In this document: positions 60,183 through 60,537 of the stretch, one piece after another
Position numbering within the stretch: the stretch's first letter is position 1
How the letters are laid out: the number at the start of each line of letters is the position of its first letter
Source: Nitrospirota bacterium
GTDB taxonomy: Bacteria > Nitrospirota > Nitrospiria > Nitrospirales > Nitrospiraceae
NCBI GenBank assembly: GCA_963701855.1
Contig: CAVPBK010000008.1
Coordinates: forward strand, 1-60,537
DNA: 60,537 bases
Direction of reading: 5' to 3'
Made by a program: the position numbers and the translations under genes
The notes under the pieces: generated by a model
The model's database searches: none
What the model saw: only the letters and a program-made list of their open reading frames with translations
What the model was told of the DNA's origin: nothing

Positions 60183-60451
60183 TACAGTCCACCTGCAGCG
60201 TTCTCGCTTGCGACCTATTGTGCGGCCATCCGTAGCTTGCGCCAGTCTTGTATCCAGCAAGGATCACGAGAGTTTGTCAACGCCCTCCTAGTAGTGTGAG
60301 ACCCACTTCGTCACCGCATGAGAAGGGGATAGGCGTCGTTTAGAGGTTTATTGGGCAAAAATATACCGCCATTCCTCATAATGGAGGAACTCGCAAAAGT
60401 TGAAGGTGTGCACCAGAACTATTACGAGGACCAGGTGAGGTGATCTGACGA

Positions 60452-60537
60452 TTAGGATGTGCTTACGATGCCGTGGGTGAGCGCGTATTTGATCAAATCC
60501 GCAGTGGTTTTGAGATTAAGCTGGTCCATGATCTGCG
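60452..60537 (-). CDS. C-terminus of a NarL/LuxR-family regulator (partial)
   Basis: QIMDQLNLKTTADLIKYALTHGIVSTS*. Confidence 0.75.
   Translation of the reverse strand, partial: QIMDQLNLKTTADLIKYALTHGIVSTS

Noticed and set aside
1..60537. CRISPR array, integron attC array, retron or DGR
   Set aside because: No regularly spaced repeat-spacer units, no cas or reverse transcriptase gene, no attC pattern seen, and the integrase is phage-type.

Overview
Chromosomal window of a Nitrospira-like nitrite oxidizer, inferred from a Tat-signal (periplasmic-type) nxrAB pair. (1) 1-13390 is a decayed accessory island ending at the 3' end of tRNA-Ser(CGA). It carries a frameshifted tyrosine integrase, two IS3 elements, one IS30, and many small promoter-bearing cargo genes (smbP, PilZ, Crp/Fnr, exported paralogs, a 29-aa membrane peptide, a candidate sRNA). 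These are interleaved with five co-oriented thermonuclease fragments and an Ada-domain fragment. (2) 13.6-46.2 kb is mostly core: PPTase, tadA, ECF sigma/anti-sigma, TPR proteins, a SagB-type nitroreductase, glgB, a diguanylate cyclase, a helicase, prfC, an orphan groES, galE, accA and dnaE. (3) 46.4-58.7 kb holds two two-component systems and nxrAB, preceded by a sigma54 promoter with paired candidate enhancer sites. (4) An IS3 remnant and gene fragments close the window. The best leads are a 16-bp CTAGG-N6-CCTAG box at fixed spacing from -10 elements, the thermonuclease-fragment mosaic, an unannotated Cys-rich microprotein, a structured MITE/REP-like family, and the nxr promoter architecture. 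All calls come from reading motifs by eye; no database searches were run.
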